64,000 nt of DNA from Malacoraja senta (GCA_038087875.1 CM075988.1:2294001-2358000); one strand, 5' to 3'; positions 13,591 through 26,133 are shown, counted from the first letter of the stretch. Numbers and translations: made by a program. Notes: generated from the letters alone by a model not told the origin.

Positions 13591-13954
13591 CTTAATAAAA
13601 ATTACCACAACTTGTGTGCGATTGAAGTAATGAATTGTGTAATGATCATACCCCTTCCTCCACCGCACCCCCAATGATCCTTTTCCATATTGTTATCCAA
13701 ATGCCCCCTATATGAACATTGTGAGTGAGCTAGCCAAAATACCCTCACATGCCCATCTAGCAGGTGATCAAGAGAGAGAACCGTGCTTGTTTCTCTCTGC
13801 AGAGTCTAATATAGTTGGAAAACCTCCCCAGTATATTCATTTAACCAGCATGTTGTAGGAGAGAATATTTATCTTTCCAAATGTGAAATCTTAGACAGAT
13901 CACTCCTTTCACCACAGATGTTTCACTAAATAAAAATTGGGTGAACTCTCAAAT

Positions 13955-14146
13955 TGCTTTCTCCTCCTCTTCTCAGCTCTCCCTCAGCCCTCTGTCTCCG
14001 CCTCTTCCTTTCTTCTTCCCGCCCCCCCCCACCCCACCCACCCTCACATCAGTCTGAAGAAGGGTCTCGACCCGAAACGTTGCCTATTTCCTTCGCTCCA
14101 TAGATGCTGGTTCACCCGCTGACTTTCTCCATCATTTTTGTCTACC
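13955..14146 (+). mobile_element. Penelope-like element 3' end
   Basis: Near-identical to 27040-27255. Confidence 0.8.
14054..14081 (+). ncRNA. Minimal hammerhead ribozyme-like motif (best-preserved copy)
   Basis: CTGAAGA-A-GGGTC-TC-GACCC-GAAAC-GTT: intact core boxes and fully complementary stem II arms. Confidence 0.6.
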
Positions 14147-14256
14147 TTTGCTGTACTGAGGGATAGCCAAGTCTATTCCTCATTGCTGGCAGCTGATGGG
14201 AAGCGGCTGTAAAAGGACAGCGCTGCTGAGGGGGGTTGGGGGGGGGGGGGGGGAAA

Positions 14257-14385
14257 GAGTTCCTTTCACAACGTGTGGGGAATCTGGCCCGGGTCAGCAT
14301 GGGCATGATCCCAAACCCCGTCCTTCTCAAAGCTCCTGCCCGTGCTGACCCGGGCCAGACTCCCCACAAGCTGTGAAAGGAACTC
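14257..14385. repeat. Inverted repeat, arms of about 52 bp with a 25-nt loop
   Basis: 14257-14308 versus 14334-14385, about 5 mismatches. Confidence 0.85.
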
Positions 14386-14599
14386 TCCCCAATTGGTCCC
14401 TTGAACTAGTATTGTCATTCAATAAGATCGCAACTGATTAAACTTGTCCCGGTGTGCTTCCATTTTTCCCACCATCTCTCCACCTGTCGTCACCCTCCAC
14501 CCCCACCCATTCAGCCATTCAGAATGGAGGAGATCTGGAAGCTTTGGGCAAATTGAATTGTTACTTTCTTTCTTTTTATTTTTTTGAGCGTGAGAAATT

Positions 14600-14691
14600 C
14601 TATGTCCCGCCAGCCTTTTTTTTCAAAATTTAGCAACTCAAAATGGGGTGCGTCTTCGACGCAGGTGCGCCTTCATTGTCGGGAGATATGG
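14600..14691. mobile_element. Probable end of a Tc2/pogo-like DNA transposon
   Basis: Tandem GGTGCG(T/C)CTTC subterminal units ending CGGGAGATATGG|TA; the other end was not found. Confidence 0.4.
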
Positions 14692-14811
14692 TATATTGTC
14701 CCTTAGTTTTTAACTTGCCGTCTTGTTGCTAAGTGGAGCGCTTAAAGCTTTAAATGATTTTAAATGCTAATTTTTTCCTTGAATATCTGCCGCTGATCAT
14801 TTGTTGCCTTA

Positions 14812-15474
14812 AGGGCTTGTCCCACTTACGTGTCCTTGGCACGCAAATTACGCGACCTCGTGGTCACGTTGAGGTGAACGGGCATCGTATGGCCGCGCGG
14901 GGCCGGTCCCACTTAGAAGCGCGGAGGGGTATGTAGTTGTGCGTGACATTGCGCGGGGCTCCGAAATTTTTGTAGTGAACGAAATCTTCGCGCGCCAACG
15001 GCCTGTCGTGGAACTGATGGCCAAAGTGGGACAGGCCAAAGACCCTGGCGCGACGCAACGTCTCACCTTCAACAGCCGCAGAAGCAGGCATACGATCGCC
15101 GAACTTGGCCTGGGGCTCACAGTCGTTGCAGTCCGGATCCGCCCCCACTTTTACTCCCAGAGCGGGGCCGAAAAAAATTGAAGATAGACACAAAATGCAG
15201 GAGAGAAGCAATGGGTGACGTTTCGGGTCAAGACCCTTCTTTTCAGACTGAAGAAGAGTCGACACGAAACGTCACCCATTGCTTCTCTCCAGAGATGATA
15301 CCGGTCCTGCTGAGTTACTCCAGCTTTGTGTCCATCTTCAAATGACCTCATGCGCTCCAGACGGCTGTGCGTACGCATGTAATCGCGCCCGACCTTCGTG
15401 GGACCGTCGCGGCTCAATGCGACCACGAGGTCGCGTAATTTGTGTGCCAAGGACACGTAAGTGGGAAAGGCCCT
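14812..15474. mobile_element. PIF/Harbinger-type MITE with a Penelope-derived palindrome inserted at about 15178-15341
   Basis: TTA|AGGGCTTGTCCCAC...GTGGGAAAGGCCCT|TTA; TIRs of about 60 bp; 3-bp TTA TSD. Confidence 0.85.
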
Positions 15475-15990
15475 TTAGTTAAAATATTTCCTCAGTTTAT
15501 TGCAGATGGTCTGACTCAACCCATTGAACTTCATCTTGACTAAATCTAGATTCTATGCTGTCCTGTGCTCCTCCCTTTTAAACACAATCTTTTAAGCACA
15601 ACACTATTATACTTGCCATTAGATAGATATTTATATATTGTCACCTAAATGTGTCTCATTAATCATAATTAAATCTAATGCGGGCTGTCACATTGTTTGT
15701 ACTGCTCTGTGCTTGCTAATTTATGATTAACGGGAATAGTGAATGTACCTACTGTAATTTTAAAGTCATCTCGGAGAACCTGCATATTTATAGTTTTTTT
15801 TCATGTTAAACATCCTGCTCATGGAGCAACTTCTGAAGTGTAGTCACAGATGTAATTGAGGAAACTCCGCAGCTGATTTGTGCACAGCAAAGCTTCAAAG
15901 GCACTGGGCTAAAGAGTGGTTGGTCAGCTTTTGGTTTGTTGGTTAAAGAACAAACACTGGTCGGGATGATGGGAGAACTCTTCATGTCAT

Positions 15991-16120
15991 TGTGTAGGAA
16001 GGAACTGCAGATGCTGGTTTAAACCGAAGATAGACACAAAATGCTGGAGTAATTCAGCGGGACGGGCAGCATCTCTGGATAGAAGAGATGGGTGATGTTT
16101 TTGGTCGAGACCCTTCTTCA
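15991..16120 (-). mobile_element. Penelope-derived short repeat, single unit
   Basis: GGAAGGAACTGCAGATGCTGG...GGTCGAGACCCTTCTTCA. Confidence 0.75.
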
Positions 16121-16563
16121 TGTCTTTCATTAGTGCCACACATGACAGTGGGTAGCATCTCAGTTTAGTCTCATTTAGTACTTGGTACATCACTTCATTT
16201 CTTCAGTGAAAGTACCAACTTGATTATGTGCTGATATGTATGGAGAAGACATTAAATCTGCAGCCTGTTAACTGGGTGAGTATAATGACTTTGTCATTAT
16301 TGATTCTAATAGAATGAATATGGGAATTAGAAGATGAAAAAGACAGATTCATCTGGTTCACCTTTTAACATCTTGCAGTTCACAAAAAACAAGTGGGATT
16401 TATAGCAAATTACATTAGTCAATTACTGTTCAACGGACCAGACAGGAGGAAAGATTAGAGGAGTTTAGCTCATCCTCTGAAAGTAGATGTAGAAATTTCT
16501 TTGCACAACTCCAAATGAAAAGCATTGTGCAGTTGAAAAGTGGCATAAGCCAAAATGAAGTAA

Positions 16564-17073
16564 AGGGCCTGTCCCACTGCAGCAAACTAATTGCCCAGTT
16601 TAGGAGAGTTTGAAAAGTGTCATGTTGAAGACCTCCTACGACTATGTAGAAGACCTCCTTTGACTATGTTGAAGACTTGCTTCGACTAGCTTCGGAAAAT
16701 TGGACGCCGAGTAGTGGAGAGTGAAGACGACCTCCTTCGACCTCCCTTCGACAATGCTGAAGACTGTCTACAACTACCTTCGACTACCCTCGATTACGTA
16801 CGAATAACATGCCTACTTCGACTAAACCTACGAGTAAAAAACATAAAGTTTTTTTTTCCCCATGGCGCCCTTTTTTTTCTCGTGGGCATTTTTCAGCATG
16901 TTGAAAAATATGCCGCGACCTAGCTGAGGCCTCGAGTACGCGGGGACTACTCTCGAGCATGAAGGAAAGTTACAAAGACCTCCTAGGACCTCGTGTCGAC
17001 CATGCTGCGAGTATGAGTCGAGGGCAAACTCTTCTAAAGTCGCCAATTAGGTCACCGCAGTGGGAAAGGCCCT
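16564..17073. mobile_element. PIF/Harbinger-type MITE
   Basis: TAA|AGGGCCTGTCCCACTGC...GCAGTGGGAAAGGCCCT|TAA; internal GAAGACCTCCT/CGACTA tandem units. Confidence 0.85.
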
Positions 17074-18926
17074 TAATGTGCTGATTTCTAGATGTTTCTG
17101 TGCTTGGCGAGTAATTCAGTTACAGACTACTCAATGGAATTTTTGTTGGAATTGGCTTCTTTATTTTTGATGTGCAACTCTGAAATGGTTTCAGTAGTAA
17201 TACTGTGTAACAGTTGCTGTATTGCACAGTAAACTCGTATCCAGTGTAATTTTTCAAACTCATTTGTCAGAGAAAAAGTTTTTATTTACACGTGGATTGG
17301 CCAGGGTTTCACAAGCCCCATTTCTTAATCCATGCTGTTTTAAGAGCCAACATTAAACTGTTTTCTTTGTCTTCTTGGAGATGTGTGACTTTTGGTGACG
17401 TTAAATAAAACCTTTATATGTATGCCTGAACATTTTTGTCCATGAGATCAAGATAAAATTCTCAATTTTCCTTGCCTCGGGGTTCAGTTTATTCCTGTTA
17501 CTTTTTGTCACATATCAGGTTGCTCCAGTCGAGGTGTTGCCCAAAGGTTCTATCTACTTTTCAATGCAGCTCACAGGACCAGGCAGAGTTTGCATTTGCT
17601 GCCATTGCAGTTTGCTCAAAGTGAAGGCATCTGTAAACTGCACAGGGGTAGTATTACTTCTTACAGAGACCTTCCTGTCTGCAGCTGGAAGAGTGGTGCT
17701 TTTATTGTGGAACGTCCCTTTCAGAGCTGGCTGCAAGATTAGTTACTAAATTAAATTCTGGCTGCTGTAAGAACTTGGAATAGATCACATGTTATAGCGG
17801 GACTGACACAGTGTGGTAATTAAACGACAAAGTACGATAACATTCTACAAAACTTAACAGCTGAAGATCTTGATCTTTATGGGACTTGTACAAACAGTGT
17901 TAGTGACACAATGATTTAATGTAATTAAAAAGTAATAAAGCCATTTCGAGGTTTTTGTCCAGATTGCAGGAACATAGTAATTGAATGACATGAATTGCTT
18001 TTTAAACCTCACGTTAAACCAGTTTGCCTCACATTTTTCTTAGTTTGCCTTTATTTTACAGAAATTGACATCAAGTTTATAGACATTAAAATTACAATGC
18101 CCTCTTATGTTTCTTCTGTTTTACTAATTGAATGGATGCATTTGTAGAGTCGATCACTAATTGGGATACTGGAGTGAATTGCGTTTATTAAGCGAATCAT
18201 TGACTGTGAATCATTGATTGTCATTGTTGGGCTAGATATCGTAGTTCTGGAATTCATATACAATCCACCACTTTGAACATTATGACAAATTGTCAGTTAC
18301 TTAAATATCATTAAAGTATTGAACATTCGAATAGAAATGCATGTGTGAATAAAAATAGCTTAGGACTCCTTGTTAATAGTATATGTGAAATGTTATTTGT
18401 AATGTTCTATACCAACCCCATTGCACAGTTCCAGACAGTGATCATTTACTGAATGCTCTCTTGTTACTAAATTGAAGCATGTTGGTGGTTGATGCTTGTG
18501 GTATCCGCTGTGGTATTTTCAGGAAACAGGATAACTGTTTGTGGTTACTGTGGAAATAGCAGAGACCGCTAACTCAAATTTCTTCATAGCTGCTGCTATG
18601 ATGTGAAAAATCGCACATCTGATTTAAAACCTCTTACCATAACAATGGAAGTGCACTTCTCTAATGCTTTAATGGTCGGAGACCAGTTAGTTCCTCGACA
18701 GAAAGATTATCTCTCAGACTAAAAAAATGTCTAATGTTGTTTATTGTTGTGTTGCTACATTAAGTTTGTGCTTGGTGTATAATACATGCATTGTATGCTC
18801 GTGACGGATGTATTTCCACCAAATTGGCTGCCTTATCTATGCTATTGAACTTGACCGTCGGTATCTGGTTAATATATCCCAGTGATGTCTGACATGGATC
18901 ATTCATTTGGCAGAACATGTTGATAA

Positions 18927-19434
18927 ACGTGCAGCATAGGTTCACGAGATTGATCCCTGGGATGGCGGGACTGTCATATGAGGATAGATTGAAAAGACTA
19001 GGCTTGTTTTCACTGGAGTTTAGAAGGATGAGGGGGAGATCTTATAGAAACATACAAAATTATAAAAGGACTGGACAAGCTAGATGCAGGAAAAATGTTC
19101 CCAATGTTGGGCGAGTCCAGAACCAAGGGCCACAGTCTTAGAATAAAGGAGAGGCCATTTAAGACTGAGGTGAGAAAAACTTTTTCACCCAGAGAGTTGT
19201 GAATTTGTGGAATTCCCTGCCACAGCGGGCAGTGGAGGCCAAATCACTGGATAGATTTAAGAGTTAGATAGAGCTCTAGGGGCTAGTGGAATCAAGGGAT
19301 ATGGGGAGAAGGCAGGCACGGGTTATTGATTGGGGACGATCAGCCATGATCGCAATGAATAGCGGTGCTGGCTCGGGGCCGAATGGCCTCCTCCTGCACC
19401 TATTTTCTATGTTTCTATGTTCTATGTTTCTATG
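18927..19434 (+). mobile_element. CR1 3' fragment
   Basis: VQHRFTRLIPGMAGLSYEDRLKRLGLFSLE; (TTTCTATG)n tail. Confidence 0.9.
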
Positions 19435-19555
19435 TGACACAAGCCATGCTTGTGTTTTGAGCTGTAACAGTATTGAGAATATGAGCTGTTAACAATAAAA
19501 GAGTACTATATGGAGGATTGAGTCTATTAAGGACTAAAGTAAGAACTTGCATATA

Positions 19556-20972
19556 CAGTGCATTCAGAAAGTATTCAGACCCATTACTCAGTACTTTGTT
19601 GAGGCACCTTTGGCAGCAATTACAGCCTCAAGTCTTCTTGGGTATGATGCCACAAGCTTGGCGCACCTGTATTTGGGTAATTTATCCCATTCTTCTGTGC
19701 AGATCCTCTCAAGCTCTGACAGGTTGGATGGGGAGCATCGATGCACAGCAACTTTCAGGTCCCTCCAGAGATGTTCGATCAGGTTTAAGCCCGGGCTCTG
19801 GCTTGGCCACTCAAGAACATTCACAGACTTGTCACAAAGCCACTCCTGCGTTGTCTTAGCTGTGTGCTTAGGGCCGTTGTCCAGTTGGAAGGTGAACCTC
19901 CGCCCCAGTCTGAGGTCCATAATGCTCTGGAGCAGGTTTTCATCAAGGATCTCTATGTACTTTGCTCCGTTCATCTTTCCCTCGATCCTGGCTAGTCTCC
20001 TAGTTCCTGCCGCTGAAAAACATCCCCACAGCAAGATGCTGACACCACCATGCTTCACCGTAGGTATGGTATTGGCCAGCTGATCGGTGCCTGGTTTCCT
20101 CCAGACCGGACGCTTGGCATTCAGGCCAAAGAGTTCAATGTTGGTTTCATCAGACCAGAGAATCTTGTTTCTCATGCCTTTTGGCAAACTCCAACCAGGC
20201 TATCGTGTGCCTTTTACTGAGGAGTGCCTTCCGTCTGGCCACTGTATCATAAAGGCCTGATTGGTGGAGTGCTGCAGGTATAGTTGTCCTTCTGGAAGGT
20301 TCCCCCATCTCCACAGAGGAACTCTGGAGCTCTGTCAGTGACCGTCGGGTTCTTGGTCACCTCCCTGACCAAGGCCCTTCTCCCCCGATTGCTCAGATTA
20401 GTCGGGCAGCCAGCTCTATAAAGACTCCTGGTGGTTCCAAAGTTGTTCCATTTAAGAATGATGGAGGCCACTGTGCTCTTTGGGACCTGCAATGCTGCAG
20501 AAAGTATTTTATACCTTTCCCCAGATCTGTGTCTCAACACAATCCTTTCTCGGAGGTCTACGGACAATTCCTTCGTCTTCATGGCTTGGTGGTTGCTCTG
20601 ACATGCACTGTCAACTGTGGGACTTTATATAGACAGGTGTGTGCCTTGCCAAATCATGTCTAATCAATTTAATTTACCACTGGTGGACTCAAATAAAGTT
20701 GTACAAACATCTCAAGGATAATCAATGGAAACAGGATGAACCTAAGCTCAATTCTGAGTGTCATGGCAAAGGGTCTGAATACTTATGTAAATGTGATATT
20801 TCAGTTATTTCTTTTTAATTACTTTGCAAAAATTTCACTTCTTCATTCTGGGGTATTGTGTGTAGATTGATGATAAAAAAAAAAGAATGAAATCCATTTT
20901 AAAATAAGGCTGTAACGTTCATAACAAAATGTGGAAGAAGTGACGGTGTCTGAATACTTTCTGAAGGCACTG
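19556..20972 (-). mobile_element. Tc1 transposon, second family
   Basis: TA|CAGTGCATTCAGAAAGTATTCAGAC...GTCTGAATACTTTCTGAAGGCACTG|TA. Confidence 0.93.
19588..20582 (-). pseudogene. Tc1 DD34E transposase pseudogene
   Basis: MKTKELSVDLRERIV paired-like N-terminus; [13 protein letters not shown] and SPGLNLIEH with 34 residues between D and E; frameshifted. Confidence 0.9.
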
Positions 20973-21004
20973 TAAATGCTGAGGATAAGGGAATTGGATA
21001 AATA

Positions 21005-22380
21005 GTCATACAGCATGGAAACAGGTCCTTCAGCCAACTTGCCTACACTGACCAACATACCCCATCTACACTACATCACCTGCCTGTGTTTGGCCCATAT
21101 CCCTCTTAACCTATCCTATCCATGTACACTAGTCCAAATGTCTTTTAAACGTAATGATAGTACCTACTTAAACTACCTCCTCTGGCAGCTCGTTCCAGGT
21201 ACCAACCACCCTTTGTGTAAAAAAAGTTACCCCTTGGGTTCCTATTACATCCTTCCCCCTCGCCTTAAACCTATGTCCTCAGTTCTCAAATCCCCTACTC
21301 TGGGCCGAGGACTGTGCGTTTACCTGATCTATTCCTCATGATTTTGTACACCTCTAAGATCACCGCAAATCCTCTTGCGCTCTAAGGAATAGAGTCCTAG
21401 CCAGTTCAATCTCTCCCTATAGCTCAGGCCCTCGAGTCCTGGCAGCATCGTCATCAATATTTTCTGCACCCTTTACAGCTTGACAACATCATTCCTATAA
21501 CATGGTGTCCAAACTTGAACACAATACTCTAAATGTGGCCTCAGCAATGTTTTATGAGACTGCAACATTAGCTCCCAATTCAGTACTTTGACTGATGAAG
21601 GCCAAAGTGCCAAAAGCCTTTTTAACAATCCTTTCTACCTGTGACGCCACTTTCAAGGAATTATGTAACTGTACTCCTCGATTCCTCTGCTCTGCAACAC
21701 TCCCCAGAGCCTTCCCATTCACCGTGTAGGTTCTGCTCATGTTAGAGTGCCCAAAATGCAACACCTAACGCTTCTCTGTAATAAATTCCACCTGCCCAAC
21801 CGATTAAGTTCCTGCTGCAATTTTTCACAACATTTTTAATTGTCTACAATACCACCCACTTTTGTTTCATCTGCAAAGTTGCGAATCATGCCATGTACAT
21901 TCTCATCCAAATTATTGATATAGCTGGCAAATGGCCCAGCACGGAACCCTGAGGCACACCACTAGTCACAGGCCTCCAGTCTAAAAAACAACATTCCACC
22001 ATCACCCTCTGCTTCCTTTCATGAAGTCAATTTTCTATCCAAAATTTACAGAATAAATTTACTGGATTAATGGATTAAACCCCTGACAGCGCAATCCAGG
22101 TACGCACCACTCTGTGTAAAATAACCTGCCCTTTCAGCTTGTTGCCATGCCTTCTAATTTTGTGACATATCCATGCTGGGGAAAAAGGCATACCCTATCT
22201 ATGCCTCTCATTTTCTATGCTTCCATCAACCTCTGTTCCAGAGAAAAACAATCCAAGTTTGTCCATCCTATCCTTATAACTATTACCCTCTAATCGAGGC
22301 CCCATTCTGATAAACCTCTTTTGCACTCTTTTCAAAGCCTCCACATCTTTGCTGTAATGAGGCGACTTAAACTGCACAAT
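21005..22380 (-). mobile_element. CR1 fragments (about 21005-22040 and 22080-22380)
   Basis: LHFGHSN...VKKAFGTLAFIS; LKRVQKRFIRM; GVPQGS-encoding sequence near 21945-21965. Confidence 0.8.
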
Positions 22381-23719
22381 GTGACGGGCCCACTCTTCTA
22401 TCTGCTGACTCTAGCCAGTTTCCTGCCTCTTGTTTCCGCTAGCCCCCATCCCTGTAAAAGAAAAAGCTGCTCTTTGCTTGTGAAATTAGCAGTCGATGCA
22501 AGCAAGCCTTGTGCTAGTGGGCATTTGATCATCAAGAGAAGGTACAGGGGAAATGTTTGAGGTTGGAATTGGGGGAATGGAATAATCTAAGATCTATGGC
22601 TGAAGGGGGTACAGTGAAAAGGAATGGAAGTTGATATTTGAATGTGTTCACTGTCATAAATTATATGTACTGCATTTACCAGTGTAAAGTCATTTCCTTT
22701 GATTAAACACATTTTAATTGCTTAATTTCTGTAATATTCACAAATAACTGATTACTGGATGATTTTTTTTTAATCATTTAACATTTTATACAAGAATTTT
22801 CAGAGATCTGGTAATAGCTACAGAAACAATCTCCATTACATGTTAAGCTCTTCTGTAAATCTATAATCTGCATTGTGCATGTATTGGGAAAGCAGGAAAG
22901 TTGCTGAAGTGAAAAATTTCCCCAGACTTTGTCCATTTTATTTAGTCCTGATATCTGGAATAACAGCTCAAAGAAGCAAGGTGAGAACTAATCTAACCAG
23001 AGTTTGCAGTCCCTTTTTGAAAGTTTCTTTTGTAACGAGTTGGTTTTAAACCATGTAGAAATCAACAATTTAGGCTAGAAACGTACACATTTTTCCAATA
23101 GAAGATTTGAAGTGTGGAGAAGAAGGAGGTGTTAGGTTTTGAAAGCAAGAGAAAGATGGGCACAACAAAACGCTGAACTCAATTTCTTTAAAACGTAACT
23201 ATAACTGCTGTATTTACTCCGTTTATCAGTCAAACATGTTGTAAGTGCCCTGGAAAATCTTGAAACTCCAGAAATAATGGTGACACATTGCCACCAAAAT
23301 TAAATGGTATATCATTTTGCTATGATCCGTTGCAGAGTCTCTCTGGTGATGCATCTGAATGATTCTAAATCATGATTATTAATCCATGCAGCTAAGAGCA
23401 AGTGTGAAGATATTATTGTTTGGGTTATGTTTTCCGGAGCACAAAGCATCTTCTGCATTGGAATATAGTCTTGGCACACATGGATGGGTTGTAAATTGCA
23501 TAGCTTTATCCGTGATTAGTTACAATATAATTCTCCCACATGGTGTGACGTCTCTAACTCACCTGATAAATAGCAGATCATAAACGTTCTCTGATGAATG
23601 TGCTACGTTTGGCATGCCAATCAATATTAAAAATGTGTGAAACAGGACCCTATCCTCATTCACTCCGTCTATTTCCAATTCTGCTCTTCCCTTTCTCGAT
23701 CTGAGTCCATTGCAGGAGA

Positions 23720-24570
23720 CAAACTGACATTTACAATAACTCCACTAATTCCCACATCTACCTCGACCACATCTCCTCTCACCCTCTCTCTTGTAAAGAT
23801 GCCATCCTTTCTCCCAGTTGTTCATCTGTCTCATTGTGGTTTTCCACTCCAGGAATCTGAAATGTCCTCTTTCATTCGGGAAATGTGACTTTCCTCCTTC
23901 TGTACTTAATGGAACCATCACCTGCACCTCCTCAATTTCCTGTACTTCTATTACAATGACTCCACTCAGACAGAATAGAAATAGAGTTCCCGTGATCCTT
24001 GTCTTTCATCCCACCAGACTCTCCATCCAGCACATCATTCCCCATGACTTATGTCATCTACAATGTGATCCTACCACCAGTCGCATCTTCTCCTCCTCAC
24101 TCTTTTCTGCCTTCCACAAGGTCCGCTCTCTCCATAACTCCCTGTTCCGTTTAACTCTTTTCGCCCACCCCTCCCTGTCACTTGGATAGTTTCTCCTTCA
24201 ACACTTGTTCCTATACTTCCTCCCTCGCCATTACCCAGCCCTTCCAGATGAGAGGGATTCACTTGTACCTCCTCCAAACTAATCTGTTGCATTCAGTGCT
24301 CTCAATGTGGCCTCCTGTTACTTGGCTAGACCCGAGTGTAGACTGCAAGACCGCTGTGTTGAGCATCTACGTTCTGTCCACAATGGCCATCTGGAGCTTC
24401 TGGTTACAAGCCATTTAACTCTGCTTCCAATTCCTATGCAGACTTGTCTGTCCGCGGCCTCGTCCGTTGCTAAGGTGAAGCCAAATGCAAACTGGAGGAA
24501 CAGCTCTTTCATATTTTCTCTTGGGTTGTCTGTAGCCCAATGGTACGAACGTTGAATTATCAAATTTCAT
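23720..24570 (+). mobile_element. Old Penelope-like element
   Basis: QNRNRVPVILVFHPT, RLQDRCVEHLRSV; colinear with 26155-27050. Confidence 0.75.
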
Positions 24571-24597
24571 GTTATCAGCAACTTCTCTGTTCCTTTA

Positions 24598-24757
24598 GCT
24601 TGGTTTATTATTATTGTCACAAGTACCGAAGTAGTGGAAAGTGTTTTTGTTGTGTGCTATCCAGTCAACGAAAAGACTATACATGATTACAATCAAGCCG
24701 TCCACAGTGTATGGATAGAGGATAAAGTGTACATAATTAGTGCAAGATAAAGTCCGA
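24598..24757 (-). mobile_element. Rex1-type 3' tail fragment
   Basis: TACATGATTACAATC and AAAGTCCGAT are shared with 901-1070. Confidence 0.6.
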
Positions 24758-25270
24758 TTTTTCTCCCCTGAGCCACGAAGGTCCTCCCATGCACTCTTTC
24801 TTTACAAACATTCACCCACCAGCCCCCTCATCTCTTTCTCCTCCCCAACCTGATTCCTTCTGACTAGTACCATAAGTGATGGGAGCAGAATGAGGTCATT
24901 CGGCCGATCAAGTCTTCGCCATTGAATCATGGCTAATCTATCTCTTCCTCCTAACACCATTCTCCTGCCTTCCCCCCATAACCCCTGACATCCTCATACT
25001 CAACTCAATGAGCCCCTTATACCCCTCCCCTGCAGTTCCCATTTGCCCACCATTCCTAATTTACATGGTTCCACTCATCTTTTCTTATCGAATTCTACAA
25101 CCTGTAGCCCTTTGTCGTCTTCACTTATCACTCCAAACCTCTCTTGTTATCTCCACCCCATCCTTCCCCACCCAACTATATTTGCCTATTAGTCCCTCCT
25201 CACTTGAATCCACCTATTGCTGGCCAGCTCCCCTCTACATTTTTGTCCTGATGCAGGATCTCAACCTGAA

Positions 25271-26133
25271 ATTTTTTTTAATTTTTTTTTTATTTAACAT
25301 TATACTTATGGGCGCCTTTCAAAGACTCTCAAGGACGCCTTACAAAATTTAATAATCAGGTTACAAAACATATAAGCAGAATAAAACAAAAAACCAAATA
25401 TAGTAGGGACAACACACAATTCAAAGAGAGAGCAGCGGCAGCTAAACGCGCCAGCGTTCACTCTCCCTCCCGGCAGCCATCTTGGAGACAAAACATTAAA
25501 AACACCTTTTAACATTGAACATCCACCACAGTGACTCCTACACACTCCTCACTGTGGTGGAAGGCGAAATATAGTTTGTCCTTCCCCTTGCTCTTCCGCA
25601 GTCATGGGCCTCGAGCCCCCGTTGACGGGACGATCTTGACTCCCGTAGCCGGTGTTCAAGCCCTCCGCATCGAGGCGCTCCACTCCCGCATTGGGGGGTT
25701 GTCAGCTCCCCCCGCGCCAGGTGAACGAACCTCGCGTCGGGGCTGGTCGAGCCTTCCGCGGCGTTGGAGCTCCCGACTAGCCTCGCCCTGAGACTGCGAG
25801 CCCTTGATGATAAAGTCCGCGGTGGTCACGGTGGGAGCGATCCCAGGCAAGGGATCTGCTCCGATGTAAGTCCATGCCCCGCGGTGGGGCTCACGACAGT
25901 CCGAGGAGGCTTCCAGCTCCAGCGATGGTAGGCCGCAGAGCCCGGAGAATGTGATCCGAAAATTAATCACATCTCCGGGAAGGTAAGAACTTGAAAAAAG
26001 TTTCCCCCGAACCTCTCCTCCCTCCCCCACATAAAACATACCAAAAGAACATTAAAACAAACTTCTAACAAACTAAAAAATAACAAAAGCAGTGAAAAGA
26101 CAACAGACTGCCGATAGGGCTGCCATCTTCCCC
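25271..26133 (-). mobile_element. GC-rich composite non-autonomous retroelement, copy C
   Basis: Starts GGGAAGATGGCAGCC on the minus strand. Body is closely similar to copy E and tail module to copy B. Perfect 12-bp hairpin at 25523-25560. Confidence 0.75.

Noticed and set aside
16620..16835. CRISPR-like repeat array
   Set aside because: Degenerate tandem units without unique spacers, inside a MITE, in eukaryotic DNA.
25523..25560. CACAGTG as V(D)J recombination signal heptamers
   Set aside because: No ACAAAAACC-like nonamer at 12/23 spacing and no V/J segments; part of a repeat hairpin.
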